Positions 40,297-50,513 of a DNA stretch of 64,000 bases are shown piece by piece; the stretch's first letter is position 1; every line of letters begins with the position of its first letter. The translations under genes were made by a program, and so were the position numbers. The stretch is from Bdellovibrionales bacterium. GTDB lineage: Bacteria > Bdellovibrionota > Bdellovibrionia > Bdellovibrionales > UBA1609. The notes below the pieces were generated by a model. That model was given only the letters and a program-made list of their open reading frames with translations. It was not told where the DNA came from and did not search any database. Location: assembly GCA_965261545.1 (NCBI GenBank), contig CBDHDF010000011.1, forward strand, positions 224,001 to 288,000. Direction: 5' to 3'.

Positions 40297-41476
40297 GGTG
40301 AACCGCCTTTTCATTCTGATTTGCCACTTTACCCTTAGGGTCTGTGGCCTTTTTCTTACCGCTTTCCATCTTCTCACTATGGTCTGCCGCCTCCTCCCTA
40401 TGGCCTGCACCCTTCTTATTCTGATCTTCCTCCTTCTCCTCGATGAGTTGCCAATTAAGAATCTCTAGGCTTACATTAAATTCTCTTGTGACTTCATGGA
40501 GCATGGTCGTTGATGAATCGGATTTTCCAATGCTAAAATCTTTTTCTGCCTTTCTAGGGCAATAGCTATAGTCCTGAAAACCCACCTTCACCTCACCCTT
40601 GGATTCAACTATGGGCTTGATGTAAAGTTCATTGATTCCATCAGAGAGCATATCTTCATTGATTTGAAGGGAGGCATAGAGGTATGGGTCATTGAAACCT
40701 TTGAAGTATTTTATTTCCTCAAAGTTATACTCCTTATCTCCAATTCTTAGAACCAAGTCGATGGATTTTGAATCCTTATCAAAAGGAATGGGTGATTCAT
40801 TCTTTCCAAGATAGTCTCGGTGAGAAACCACACACTTTCCCTTTTCCTCTATGTATCCACACCTTTTTGAGATGTTAGACTTTGAAGGGTCTTCACAAAA
40901 ATGATTCTTCCAAGATGCTTCAACAGAGACATCATAGATGCTCGAGAACCGACTCTCTTTTCGCACACCACTTCTCACTTTGACTTCGACCATATCACCG
41001 GCTTTCACACGGCTGACCCAAAGCTCCTTATCAACTCTTTGGTCTCTAAGGATCACATCCATCATTCGTCTAAAGCGAGGAGGAGATACCTTTTTCTTAT
41101 TTTCAGGTACTGGCTCTTTAACATTGTCGGATTCCTGAGTAGGTCCTTCCTCTTTGTTTGTGGTGTCATTCAGATTATTGATGTCTTCCATGGCCTTTAT
41201 GGAATCTATGGCATCTCGACACCCATGACGTCCTTTTTTGCCTTCTGCCACCTCTGTAGGATCCATTAAAAGATCGTTCCTAAAATATTTCATCTTCTCG
41301 TCTTCTAGTCCTCTGAAAATGATGCAAGGAGTGCCTTCTGACTCTTCATCCAAACCACCACACGCAGACAAAACCATTGGCAAGGTAATAAGACCTAAAA
41401 AAGCTATTCTTTTAAAAATTCTTACTTCATTCTTCTTACAAAAAAATTGGCAGATATTATTTTTTCTTTTATTCAT
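40289..41476 (-). CDS. Lipoprotein, unknown function
   Basis: Lipobox LSAC; paired Cys in the mature part. Confidence 0.75.
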   Translation of the reverse strand: MNKRKNNICQFFCKKNEVRIFKRIAFLGLITLPMVLSACGGLDEESEGTPCIIFRGLEDEKMKYFRNDLLMDPTEVAEGKKGRHGCRDAIDSIKAMEDINNLNDTTNKEEGPTQESDNVKEPVPENKKKVSPPRFRRMMDVILRDQRVDKELWVSRVKAGDMVEVKVRSGVRKESRFSSIYDVSVEASWKNHFCEDPSKSNISKRCGYIEEKGKCVVSHRDYLGKNESPIPFDKDSKSIDLVLRIGDKEYNFEEIKYFKGFNDPYLYASLQINEDMLSDGINELYIKPIVESKGEVKVGFQDYSYCPRKAEKDFSIGKSDSSTTMLHEVTREFNVSLEILNWQLIEEKEEDQNKKGAGHREEAADHSEKMESGKKKATDPKGKVANQNEKAVHHE

Positions 41477-41682
41477 GACTGTAATTCTCCTAAAGGTTGG
41501 ATTTTTATTTTTTTTAGTTTTTTTAATTTTATTAATCTTCTTAATTTTTCTTTAACTTGTTTGCGATATTTCTTATCGTAGAATTTATTATTCTTCTGCA
41601 TATCACATCTTCTACTAATGACTTCCAAATCATTTATTTCTTTACCTTTCTTAAACGCACCTAAATTTCGTAGTTTCGACAT
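41473..41682 (-). CDS. Small basic hypothetical protein
   Basis: In operon, overlaps next start. Confidence 0.45.
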   Translation of the reverse strand: MSKLRNLGAFKKGKEINDLEVISRRCDMQKNNKFYDKKYRKQVKEKLRRLIKLKKLKKIKIQPLGELQS

Positions 41683-41686
41683 TACA

Positions 41687-41899
41687 TTAACTCTCCACCA
41701 CTATGATTGATTTGATCAGATTGAAGGTATCTACAAGATCAAGTGTTTTTTCGTTTCTCTCTTGTATTTCATCAATCGCATCAAAAATCTCCATTGTTTC
41801 CAAACTATAAAGACCACATGATGGGCACTTGTACGGAAAGTTAAATTCAACATAAAAAGCCTCATCACAACGCAAACAACTTTTCATTCTATATCTCAA
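41687..41899 (-). CDS. Small Zn-ribbon protein
   Basis: CLRC...CPSC; GGAGGTG RBS. Confidence 0.6.
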   Translation of the reverse strand: MRYRMKSCLRCDEAFYVEFNFPYKCPSCGLYSLETMEIFDAIDEIQERNEKTLDLVDTFNLIKSIIVVES

Positions 41900-41936
41900 A
41901 AATTTATCACCTCCATTTCAAATAAATTCTTTTTTA

Positions 41937-42512
41937 TTAAATTCTTTTTTTTATCACTTTTTTATTCATTTTCTTTTTCCCATGACATCGATTTCTTCTT
42001 ATGACTTCTTTCAACAAAAGATCAGAAATTCTCTTAAGGGCACGATCTTTTGTGTATTTAACAGCCACACGACTGACACCAAGCTTTTTTGAAGCTCCGC
42101 CCAAGCTAAGGTTTTCCCAGAAAATGTGATGTAAAACCTGTCTTTGATTCTCTGAAAGCTGATTGATGATCTCTCCCAGAATTTCTTCCAGATGAAGGAA
42201 ATTCTTTGGATCGGTGGCCGGAGAGAAGACTTTTTCATGATCTTCTTGAGAAAGATTCTCAGAAAGACGCCCCATCATGCTTGAGTTCTCCATGAGAAGC
42301 TCTTTTTGTTTAACGTCTACAGTGGAATCAAGATAGGTCTCCCAATCACTCGCTGACCAACTATGACAGACCTTTTTGATCTCTTCATCAGACATTGGTA
42401 AGCCGTCTTTTTGGGTCCAAATTTTACTTGTACTCTTTTTTTTCATATCAACTCCTTGTAATGCTCCCTGCAATGTTCTCTTGTTTTCAAGGAAGCTAAG
42501 AATTAAACTCAT
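41937..42512 (-). CDS. Sigma70 region-4 HTH protein (ECF/phage-type sigma-like regulator)
   Basis: LSENQRQVLHHIFWENLSLGGASKKLGVSRVAVKYTKDRALKRI; start may be 42446. Confidence 0.8.
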   Translation of the reverse strand: MSLILSFLENKRTLQGALQGVDMKKKSTSKIWTQKDGLPMSDEEIKKVCHSWSASDWETYLDSTVDVKQKELLMENSSMMGRLSENLSQEDHEKVFSPATDPKNFLHLEEILGEIINQLSENQRQVLHHIFWENLSLGGASKKLGVSRVAVKYTKDRALKRISDLLLKEVIRRNRCHGKKKMNKKVIKKRI

Positions 42513-42557
42513 TTTCTCACTTCTTTAATTATTTAATAATTTACTCTTCTTTCTATT

Positions 42558-42900
42558 CACCTCCTCTCATATATGTGAAAATGTTAATGTAGAGGATTAA
42601 CAGCTCCTTCTTTTATGGCGAGAACATCTCACTCAATCAGAAACCATCAAAACCCATTCCTTGCTATTCTGAGTCTCTTTCAAATGCTTCAAAAAAAGCC
42701 TTTCCCCCCTACCTATGTGAAAACGTTAATGTGGGGGGGTTAACAGTCCCGTATTTATTGAAGAAAATGGAATTCATTAAAAAATCTATTTCCTCCTATT
42801 TTTGAGCTCCTTTCAAATACTTGCCCAAGGTCTCTCCCAAAAAAGCCATTCCCCCTACCTATGTGAAAATGTTAATGTAGGGGGTTAACAACTCCTTATT
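42558..42900. repeat. Three degenerate direct repeats (~143 bp period) with core TATGTGAAAAYGTTAATGTRGRGGRTTAACA
   Basis: Cores start at 42572, 42714, 42860. Confidence 0.85.
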
Positions 42901-43470
42901 TATTGAAAGAAGCACCTGAACTCATCACGACCCTTCCATCATTGCCTTTCAATTTATTCAATGCACAAGACGGACCAAATGTTCCAAAGACATAAATGAC
43001 TGATTTTATTGGATATTTAATTTTGAGATATGGACCATAAATAGGTCATGGCCCAAAATATTGAGTTAATTTCATCGAAGCGAAGTAAAAGTAAAGAACA
43101 GTGGACCACTTTCGGTCTATTTAAAATATGTGATGAATGATTTAAGGGATTTAGACAAACCCACAAGTGGGACAGAATAATAAAGTGATGGATTATTTTG
43201 TCATTTATTACAATAAAATATTAAACGATAACCCAAAATCTAGAAATTTTTCTGATTTTTTTATGATTTTTTATTAATGAACTCGACGGAAAACCATGAG
43301 AGTCGGAAATTCAAAATGAGTTATATTAAAAGTTTAGAAAAATCCTCTCTTGTATCTCACAATCATAATTGCAATAGCACCTTGAGTTTGGCTTTCATTG
43401 ATAATCATAGCTCTCTGGATTCCTGTTTCAAGGGGTGATCTATTCAGTCGACATAGAGATTGGAGCCCTC

Positions 43471-43587
43471 GTGCGCCACGAAGCGCAAACACATCGGTGG
43501 TGAAAGTCCACACGAGGAAGTGCCTCAGCACACCTCGCAGCGAGTCTTGGGCTCATGGAGGTAACAATATGAGTTAAGCGTAGATAG
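43471..43587 (+). mobile_element. Group II intron 5' fragment (domain I), truncated by IS4
   Basis: Starts GTGCG; GGTGAAAGTCC, GCGAGTCTTGGG, GGTAAC, TAAGCGTAGAYAG landmarks in order. Confidence 0.7.
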
Positions 43588-45004
43588 CAATGCCGTTTCC
43601 TTAAGCCACCACACCCCTCTGCCTCTGCGTTAAGCTATTTCTTTTAAAAGAACTCCCAGCCCTTTTGATAGACCTTTCATAGCTTCTTTTGAAGTGCCTC
43701 CTCTTCTCCATTGAAATCTTCATCAGCAACTTTATCTGCTTCCTAAATTTCTGATAGAGCCCCGCAACAAAAAGGGGGATGCTATCCATTATGAAATCAA
43801 GAATCAGTTTAAAGTTAGGTTTTTTGTAGTCATTTTTTACCAACTGATTCACACTGTCTTCATCCTCATTTATGCTCATTTGAATCTTTGTATAATTGAA
43901 GAGCCAAAAATAAGAATACAGCTCTTGCAATATTCCATTAAGGCTTGTTGAGTGCCACTGCTCCATTTTCATTGTCGATGTAAAATCACGAAATGTCGTT
44001 TCTATTTCCCAACGACGAGAGTAAAGAGCAACCATATCCTTCTTGTCCAAGGAGCCATGCGGAAGATTAGTGGCCAAAACAGAGAACTCCCCAGTCTTTG
44101 GGTTTTTATACTTATAGAGATGAATGACCACCCCCTCAATAACCATTTGTGAATACCAACCTGGGCCATTAAATAAATTTACGATGGGGATAAAAGTAGA
44201 GCCTCGCTTACAACGCGCAATAAAGAAGTTACTGGCTTGAGCATGGGCCTTAATAATCTCTGTAGATAAATAAAGCCTATCGTAGAGAGTTATGCTATTA
44301 CTCTCAAAACTACCTATCATTTGAATAGCATTGGCGATTTCGTTGAGAGCGGGAGAATAGCAAAGATTCTTTGTCACACCCGATAAAACGTCATAAGCAT
44401 GAGATAGATACATACGTAAGAAATGAGTTTCCATCTCATTTGGGCAAGGGTACCCACAATAACCCTCCTTTAAAAGATCTTTAGAGCGAGGAAGTGCTAA
44501 TTGGTCGCCATCTATGGCATAGATATAAAAGCCATGAAACGTTTTTCTCAATGGTTCGTAGTCTGTAATCAGAGATTCAAAGATATTTTTAAAAAATAGG
44601 TAAGAAATACTTTGACGTATCTTGCTGAGACTGCTTTTGACTGGCATGAGAAGCAGGTCACCAAAATGAGTCCATACCGTCTTAAGAGCGATTTGGTAGC
44701 CTTCGTAATTTGTTCCGGAAATAAGATAGATAATAGTAAAAAAGAAAATTTGAGGATTAAATTTTCGATTCCTTTTTTGTTTTTCTGGATCGACAAGGTG
44801 CTCTGGCTTGAAGGAAGAATCAAGTTTTGGTAGAATAAAATGGTCATCTGTGACGCGAACTCGTCATTTGGGGGCTTTCGAGATCAATATTGGATTGCAT
44901 GTGACTTACTCCTTGGTTGAGGGTTGGGTGTAAAATAAAACAAGTCTTATTCTTGTCGATTTATCTAATAATTTCAAGAGATTTTTCTTAAGGAAACGGC
45001 ATTG
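43588..45004 (-). mobile_element. IS4-family element, copy 1
   Basis: Perfect 18 bp IRs CAATGCCGTTTCCTTAAG / CTTAAGGAAACGGCATTG. Confidence 0.93.
43601..44647 (-). CDS. IS4-family transposase
   Basis: AIDG, YDRLY, YSRRWEIETTFR; frame stays open upstream to 44863 without an ATG. Confidence 0.92.
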   Translation of the reverse strand: MPVKSSLSKIRQSISYLFFKNIFESLITDYEPLRKTFHGFYIYAIDGDQLALPRSKDLLKEGYCGYPCPNEMETHFLRMYLSHAYDVLSGVTKNLCYSPALNEIANAIQMIGSFESNSITLYDRLYLSTEIIKAHAQASNFFIARCKRGSTFIPIVNLFNGPGWYSQMVIEGVVIHLYKYKNPKTGEFSVLATNLPHGSLDKKDMVALYSRRWEIETTFRDFTSTMKMEQWHSTSLNGILQELYSYFWLFNYTKIQMSINEDEDSVNQLVKNDYKKPNFKLILDFIMDSIPLFVAGLYQKFRKQIKLLMKISMEKRRHFKRSYERSIKRAGSSFKRNSLTQRQRGVVA

Positions 45005-45008
45005 ATCA

Positions 45009-46897
45009 GGGACTGTAAAAATAATTGTGTAACTGCAATTTTTTTCTTAAATCTTAAAGCCACTTATGTGGCTCCACTCCTGGTAAAAAGCACAGTCCCA
45101 TATTATTCGTCAATGTATAATTGACATTTTTTCCTTCAAGCGATTTTGTCAGTCACAATGCATTATAAGTTAATGGGGAGGTGGACATCTTCGCTGGTCT
45201 ATATAATTGGCCTCTTTAGTTACTCTGGACTTTTGATTGTATTATGGAGCCGTAATGGGATCATATCAGAACTGGAAAGAACTCAAATAAATAATTATCA
45301 TCTTGGTTGAAAAAAAATCAGCAATGGCTCTCTCAAAAAAATGGAAATTCCAATCTCATCAAAGGGTTCATGTGTTTAGGTTCCCATACTATATTACCCC
45401 CTTTTTTTTATTTTTTTTAACTTAGGATATTCGAGAAATACCAGAATTGGGATGAAATATGAAAAAAAATGGGAACCCAAATCTGCACCAAGAGGGCATG
45501 TATTTAGGTTCCCATACTATATTACCCTAACCATAGTCTCGGTATTCCAGTACTTCTGTCAACGCCTTAGAGGGGCTTTTAAGCCCCCTTATAAGGCAGG
45601 TGGTGGACCTTATTAAAAAACTTAGTTGTCAAAACGGTCACCGTATTCAATGGCAAACCTGTTCATGGCTGGCTTCCAGTTGTGTAATGGTCGTGTCCAT
45701 CGCTTAGAGGCCATTTTTATCGCTAAATATACAACTTTTAAAGCCGACCGATCACTGGGAAATATCTTACGATTTCTGATCGCCTTGCGGATCACGCTAT
45801 TTAACGACTCTATGGCGTTTGTGGTATAAAAAATCTTTCTGATTTCATCCGGATAATCGAAAATAGTGATGAGATTGTCCCAATTCCTACGCCAAGACTT
45901 TTCAATATTCGGATACTTTGAAGACCACTTGGTACAAAATTCCTCAAGGGCCTTTTCAGCTTCTGTCAGAGTCGTAGAGCCATAAATGGACTTGAGGTCT
46001 TGGGCGACAGCTTTCATATCCTTGGAAGGAACATAGCGAAGGGAATTGCGGACCATATGGACAATGCACAGTTGTACTTTAGACTTGGGAAAAGCCGCTG
46101 AAATGGCTTGAGGAAAACCTGTAAGACCATCTACAGAAAATATAAATACGTCTTTCAACCCTCGATTTTGCAGCTCAGTCAAAACACTCAACCAAAACTT
46201 TGAACCCTCATTTTCAGAAATCCATAGGCCCAACAAGTCTTTCTGACCCTCCTCTGTAATACCAAGAGCTAGGTAAATCGCCTTATTAATAACTCTCTTG
46301 TCTTGATGGACCTTCACCACGATACAGTCCAAAAATACGATAGGGTAAGTGCTATCCAAGGGGCGGTTCTGCCAAGCCGTAACTTCATCAATAACAGCAT
46401 CCGTCACGTTGGCTATCACTGAGTGGGATATCTCTGCACCATGGTAGAGGTCTTTGATAGCTCCTTGAATATCCCTGGTCGTCATTCCCCTCGCATAGAG
46501 GGTCAGAATACTGTCTTCAAAGCCCTCAAGACGAGTCTTGCCTTTGGGAATGACTTGGGGCTCAAAGGAGGCACTTCGGTCACGGGGGACCTGAAGCTCC
46601 ACCTCGCCTTTCTCTCCCTTTATGGTCTTTCTACTGTAACCATTGCGAGTGTTGGATTTGCGGGTCTCAGACTTCTCATGCCTCTCATAACCTAGGTGAT
46701 CGTCCATTTCCGCATTAAGAGCTGTCTCTAAAACAACCTTCATCAGTTGACCCGTTATGTCGGATAAATCCTTTTGGGTCTTGACGTTCTTCGCTAGTTC
46801 CTTGCCTATTGTCTTGATATCCATTTTGCCTTCTCCTTTCAGGATGATAGTTCATCCTAATATGATTCGGCAGTTACACAAAATAGTTTACAGGCTC
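45009..46897 (-). mobile_element. IS256-family element, copy 2
   Basis: Same ends as copy 1; 8 bp TSD ATTGATCA (45001-45008, 46898-46905). Confidence 0.95.
45622..46824 (-). CDS. IS256-family transposase
   Basis: Near-identical to 16921-18123. Confidence 0.96.
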   Translation of the reverse strand: MDIKTIGKELAKNVKTQKDLSDITGQLMKVVLETALNAEMDDHLGYERHEKSETRKSNTRNGYSRKTIKGEKGEVELQVPRDRSASFEPQVIPKGKTRLEGFEDSILTLYARGMTTRDIQGAIKDLYHGAEISHSVIANVTDAVIDEVTAWQNRPLDSTYPIVFLDCIVVKVHQDKRVINKAIYLALGITEEGQKDLLGLWISENEGSKFWLSVLTELQNRGLKDVFIFSVDGLTGFPQAISAAFPKSKVQLCIVHMVRNSLRYVPSKDMKAVAQDLKSIYGSTTLTEAEKALEEFCTKWSSKYPNIEKSWRRNWDNLITIFDYPDEIRKIFYTTNAIESLNSVIRKAIRNRKIFPSDRSALKVVYLAIKMASKRWTRPLHNWKPAMNRFAIEYGDRFDN

Positions 46898-47092
46898 ATT
46901 GATCACTCAAGTAGGTGTATGGTTCGCCCAGAGTTCGATTTGCTCCACGGTGTTATACGATACTTTATTCTGACTAGAATTCGCCTTTATTTTTTATTTT
47001 TCTTTGACCATCCCTAGAGAATTATTACATTCCCTTGACTAAGTCTTGTCATAACCTCCCCATGAGTTTAATACTCTGCATCAGGAGGTGTT

Positions 47093-47216
47093 ATGATTTT
47101 AGCTACTTTTGTATCAACGGATGACCTTGTAAAAGAAGGTAAGAATTACAATTGGAAGAGGCCATGTAAGTGCCAAAATCCCGGCTGTAAAAGTGAGAAG
47201 CTCTGGGGCCATGGCT
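47093..47216 (+). pseudogene. 5' fragment of a Zn-ribbon (DUF6431-like) transposon accessory gene cut by IS4
   Basis: AGGAGG RBS, MILATFVSTDDLVKEGKNYNWKRPCKCQNPGCKSEKLWGHG. Confidence 0.5.
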
Positions 47217-48631
47217 CAATGCCGTTTCCTTAAGCCACCACACCCCTCTGCCTCTGCGTTAAGCTATTTCTTTTAAAAGAACTCCCAGCCCTTTTGATAG
47301 ACCTTTCATAGCTTCTTTTGAAGTGCCTCCTCTTCTCCATTGAAATCTTCATCAGCAACTTTATCTGCTTCCTAAATTTCTGATAGAGCCCCGCAACAAA
47401 AAGAGGGATGCTATCCATTATGAAATCAAGAATCAGTTTAAAGTTAGGTTTTTTGTAGTCATTTTTTACCAACTGATTCACACTGTCTTCATCCTCATTT
47501 ATGCTCATTTGAATCTTTGTATAATTGAAGAGCCAAAAATAAGAATACAGCTCTTGCAATATTCCATTAAGGCTTGTTGAGTGCCACTGCTCCATTTTCA
47601 TTGTCGATGTAAAATCACGAAATGTCGTTTCTATTTCCCAACGACGAGAGTAAAGAGCAACCATATCCTTCTTGTCCAAGGAGCCATGCGGAAGATTAGT
47701 GGCCAAAACAGAGAACTCCCCAGTCTTTGGGTTTTTATACTTATAGAGATGAATGACCACCCCCTCAATAACCATTCGTGAATACCAACCTGGGCCATTA
47801 AATAAATTTACAATGGGGATAAAAGTAGAGCCTCGCTTACAACGCGCAATAAAGAAGTTACTGGCTTGAGCATGGGCCTTAATAATCTCTGTAGATAAAT
47901 AAAGCCTATCGTAGAGAGTTATGCTATTACTCTCAAAACTACCTATCATTTGAATAGCATTGGCGCCTAACAAGAGCGGGAGAATAGCAAAGATTCTTTG
48001 TCACACCCGATAAAACGTCATAAGCATGAGATAGATACATACGTAAGAAATGAGTTTCCATCTCATTTGGGCAAGGGTACCCACAATAACCCTCCTTTAA
48101 AAGATCTTTAGAGCGAGGAAGTGCTAATTGGTCGCCATCTATGGCATAGATATAAAAACCATGAAACGTTTTTCTCAATGGTTCGTAGTCTGTAATCAGA
48201 GATTCAAAGATATCTTTGAAAAATAGGTAAGAAATACTTTGACGTATCTTGCTGAGACTGCTTTTGACTGGCATGAGAAGCAGGTCACCAAAATGAGTCC
48301 ATACCGTCTTAAGAGCGATTTGGTAGCCTTCGTAATTTGTTCCGGAAATAAGATAGATAATGGTAAAAAAGAAAATTTGAGGATTAAATTTTCGATTCCT
48401 TTTTTGTTTTTCTGGATCGACAAGGTGCTCTGGCTTGAAGGAAGAATCAAGTTTTGGTAGAATAAAATGGTCATCTGTGACGCGAACTCGTCATTTGGGG
48501 GCTTTCGAGATCAATATTGGATTGCATGTGACTTACTCCTTGGTTGAGGGTTGGGTGTAAAATAAAACAAGTCTTATTCTTGTCGATTTATCTAATGATT
48601 TCAAGAGATTTTTCTTAAGGAAACGGCATTG
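47217..48631 (-). mobile_element. IS4-family element, copy 2
   Basis: Same IRs as copy 1; 2 bp shorter. Confidence 0.93.
47230..48274 (-). pseudogene. IS4 transposase, frameshifted near 47965
   Basis: ATTTCGTTG of copy 1 replaced by CCTAACA; ORF split into 47939-48274 and 47230-47973. Confidence 0.92.
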
Positions 48632-48633
48632 AC

Positions 48634-49068
48634 TTGAGTGATGTATCTGTTTTTATTCCACATTTTCTATGCCTGCCCAGCTTCAACCATGGAATTTTAC
48701 GGAAACTCCACACTGAATGGAGGCTTTCTGCACGCAGTATCGTTGATCTCAGTGGGGGAGTATGGGCAAAAACTTCTATTTCCCAGGCTCTCCGCAAGCA
48801 CCAGTTAACAAAGCCCAGCCATGCTCAGCAAACTCCAACCTTTCATCGAAGATATGGAAAAACTCTCCTCAAAGGAAAATTGGTGGATCATAAGGGAGAG
48901 CAGAGAATCATTGAGCAGATGCTCGAACTAAAATCCCAGGGAAAATCTTCCTACCAAATTGCCAAACATTTAAACAGTAAGAAAATCAAAAGCAAAACCG
49001 GTGGACTGTGGACGTACCCCACAGTCACAGTCATCATCAAGCGGGAAACCCAGGAGGAACTATCATGA
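48634..49068 (+). CDS. Recombinase-domain (serine recombinase DNA-binding type) protein lacking the catalytic domain
   Basis: YG...LVDHKGEQRIIEQM...GKSSYQIAKHLN...GGLWTYPTVTVII. Confidence 0.7.
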   Translation: MSDVSVFIPHFLCLPSFNHGILRKLHTEWRLSARSIVDLSGGVWAKTSISQALRKHQLTKPSHAQQTPTFHRRYGKTLLKGKLVDHKGEQRIIEQMLELKSQGKSSYQIAKHLNSKKIKSKTGGLWTYPTVTVIIKRETQEELS

Positions 49069-49253
49069 AAAGTATCATCGACACCATCATTGCCATTTTA
49101 TTTATTCTCTTTGGCCTCGATTTTGGCCTGGAGTATCTCCACAGAGAGGTCAAAAGAGCCACCATCAAGAGACTCCACAAGGGACTCCCCCCACTGAGCC
49201 CAATGACTCAGAGAATGACGGGCCGGAAAATGACAGAGCCGAGAAACCCTTAG
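49065..49253 (+). CDS. Small membrane protein
   Basis: AGGAGG RBS, ATGA overlap, N-terminal TM. Confidence 0.55.
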   Translation: MKSIIDTIIAILFILFGLDFGLEYLHREVKRATIKRLHKGLPPLSPMTQRMTGRKMTEPRNP

Positions 49254-49855
49254 GGGTCCGGACGGAAAGGCAAAACAGGCAATGAAGCCTTACTCCTCCG
49301 GGCGAATCTACAAACCTGACTTTGTCTCTTTTTCAGAGATATTGTACGAATCTTTGTAAGAACAGTTCTGTTTTACAAACTTTGACTCAAGGAACCCCAT
49401 CCAATGGCATTAAAGATTAAATTTTCTTTTCCAACACATAAAAATTTTTCTCAACGACCTGTTTTATCTATTTTTTTATATTTCTAACCTGGCGCAGCCA
49501 GAACCCAGAATTAAGACTGGACTCCAGACTTAATTCCTAAGTCTATGTTTGCTGTGAGCCTATCTCACAGTACTTAAGAGGGTCGGAATAAAATTATGTT
49601 CGAATTTTGCAGATATAATGACAAGTAAGGAACTATATGCCCTCTTGATAACTCTTCCATTTTCTTATGTAAACCCTCCGTTAAGAATTTGTTTTTCTAA
49701 ATCTCGACATCCTGACAATCTCCTCTTGGGGAAGCCTCCGAATACTATAAAGTGCAAATGTGGTCGCAAAAATATTCCTTGGACATATAGGATTAAGACT
49801 TGAAACTAAGGTCTTCCTATAGTAGATTGCTTTTTGAAAGCATATAAAGGAGTTT

Positions 49856-50164
49856 ATGATGGAAGTTTACGAACTAATCAAAAAAGCAATTATTGAAAAA
49901 AAACAGGTACACGCTAAGTATAAAGGTCGTTCAAGAGAGATGTGCCCCCATATTCTTGGAACTAAAAGTGGAAAACCACGGGTTTTATTTTATCAGTTTG
50001 GTGGCGATAGCAAAAGTGAATTAAGCGATAATGGAGGCTGGAGATGCATACCATTAGATGGTTTAGAAGATGTTTCCCTCAAAGAGGGTGAGTGGCATAC
50101 AGTCATGGGAACAACTGACCAGAGAAGCTCCTGTGTTGATGAAATCGATGTTGAGGTAAAGTAA
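49856..50164 (+). CDS. Stand-alone WYL-domain-like protein
   Basis: IKKAIIEKKQVHAKY...REMCPHILG...LFYQ...WRCIPLDGLEDV; AAGGAG RBS. Confidence 0.72.
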   Translation: MMEVYELIKKAIIEKKQVHAKYKGRSREMCPHILGTKSGKPRVLFYQFGGDSKSELSDNGGWRCIPLDGLEDVSLKEGEWHTVMGTTDQRSSCVDEIDVEVK

Positions 50165-50219
50165 GGTTAGAAAATGAAGTAGTTTAGAATAATGTTGACA
50201 TGACTCTCCTCATCACAGA

Positions 50220-50260
50220 CTGGAGTTCCCCACAAAAAGTGGAGAGTTTTTTAAGCGAAT
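50220..50260. repeat. IS-end-like 41 bp sequence, repeated at 59651-59691
   Basis: CTGGAGTTCCCCA-AAAAA-TGGA...TTTT-TAAGCGAAT in both places, same orientation. Confidence 0.6.
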
Positions 50261-50513
50261 CTTGATTGTTTATAGCCCTTGAGTCCCTATGCATCAAGGA
50301 CCAAAGCGCCAATGTTTATTCAATTCCTGTAGTACTTTCTCTCCCATTATTCACATCCTCCGTGCTGTAAAAAGCATTTTGGGGTCATGTCACTTCATGG
50401 GTAAAATCGCTTTCAACCAAAACAACATTTTTCCACGATGTTGAGTTTGCCGTCACAAATACATTCGAGGAATTTTCAGGGAAGTACGTGTAATTCAAAG
50501 GGAGATTAGACAA

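Larger units (their letters stand above)
26803..43300 (-). mobile_element. Integrative conjugative element (right boundary uncertain)
   Basis: Co-oriented, mostly overlapping integrase-xis-relaxase-coupling ATPase-T4SS-regulator genes ending at an att-like site. Confidence 0.85.

Noticed and set aside
49578..49606. Second dif-like sequence (GGTCGGAATAAAATTATGTTCGAA)
   Set aside because: Only 2 bp between the putative arms instead of 6.
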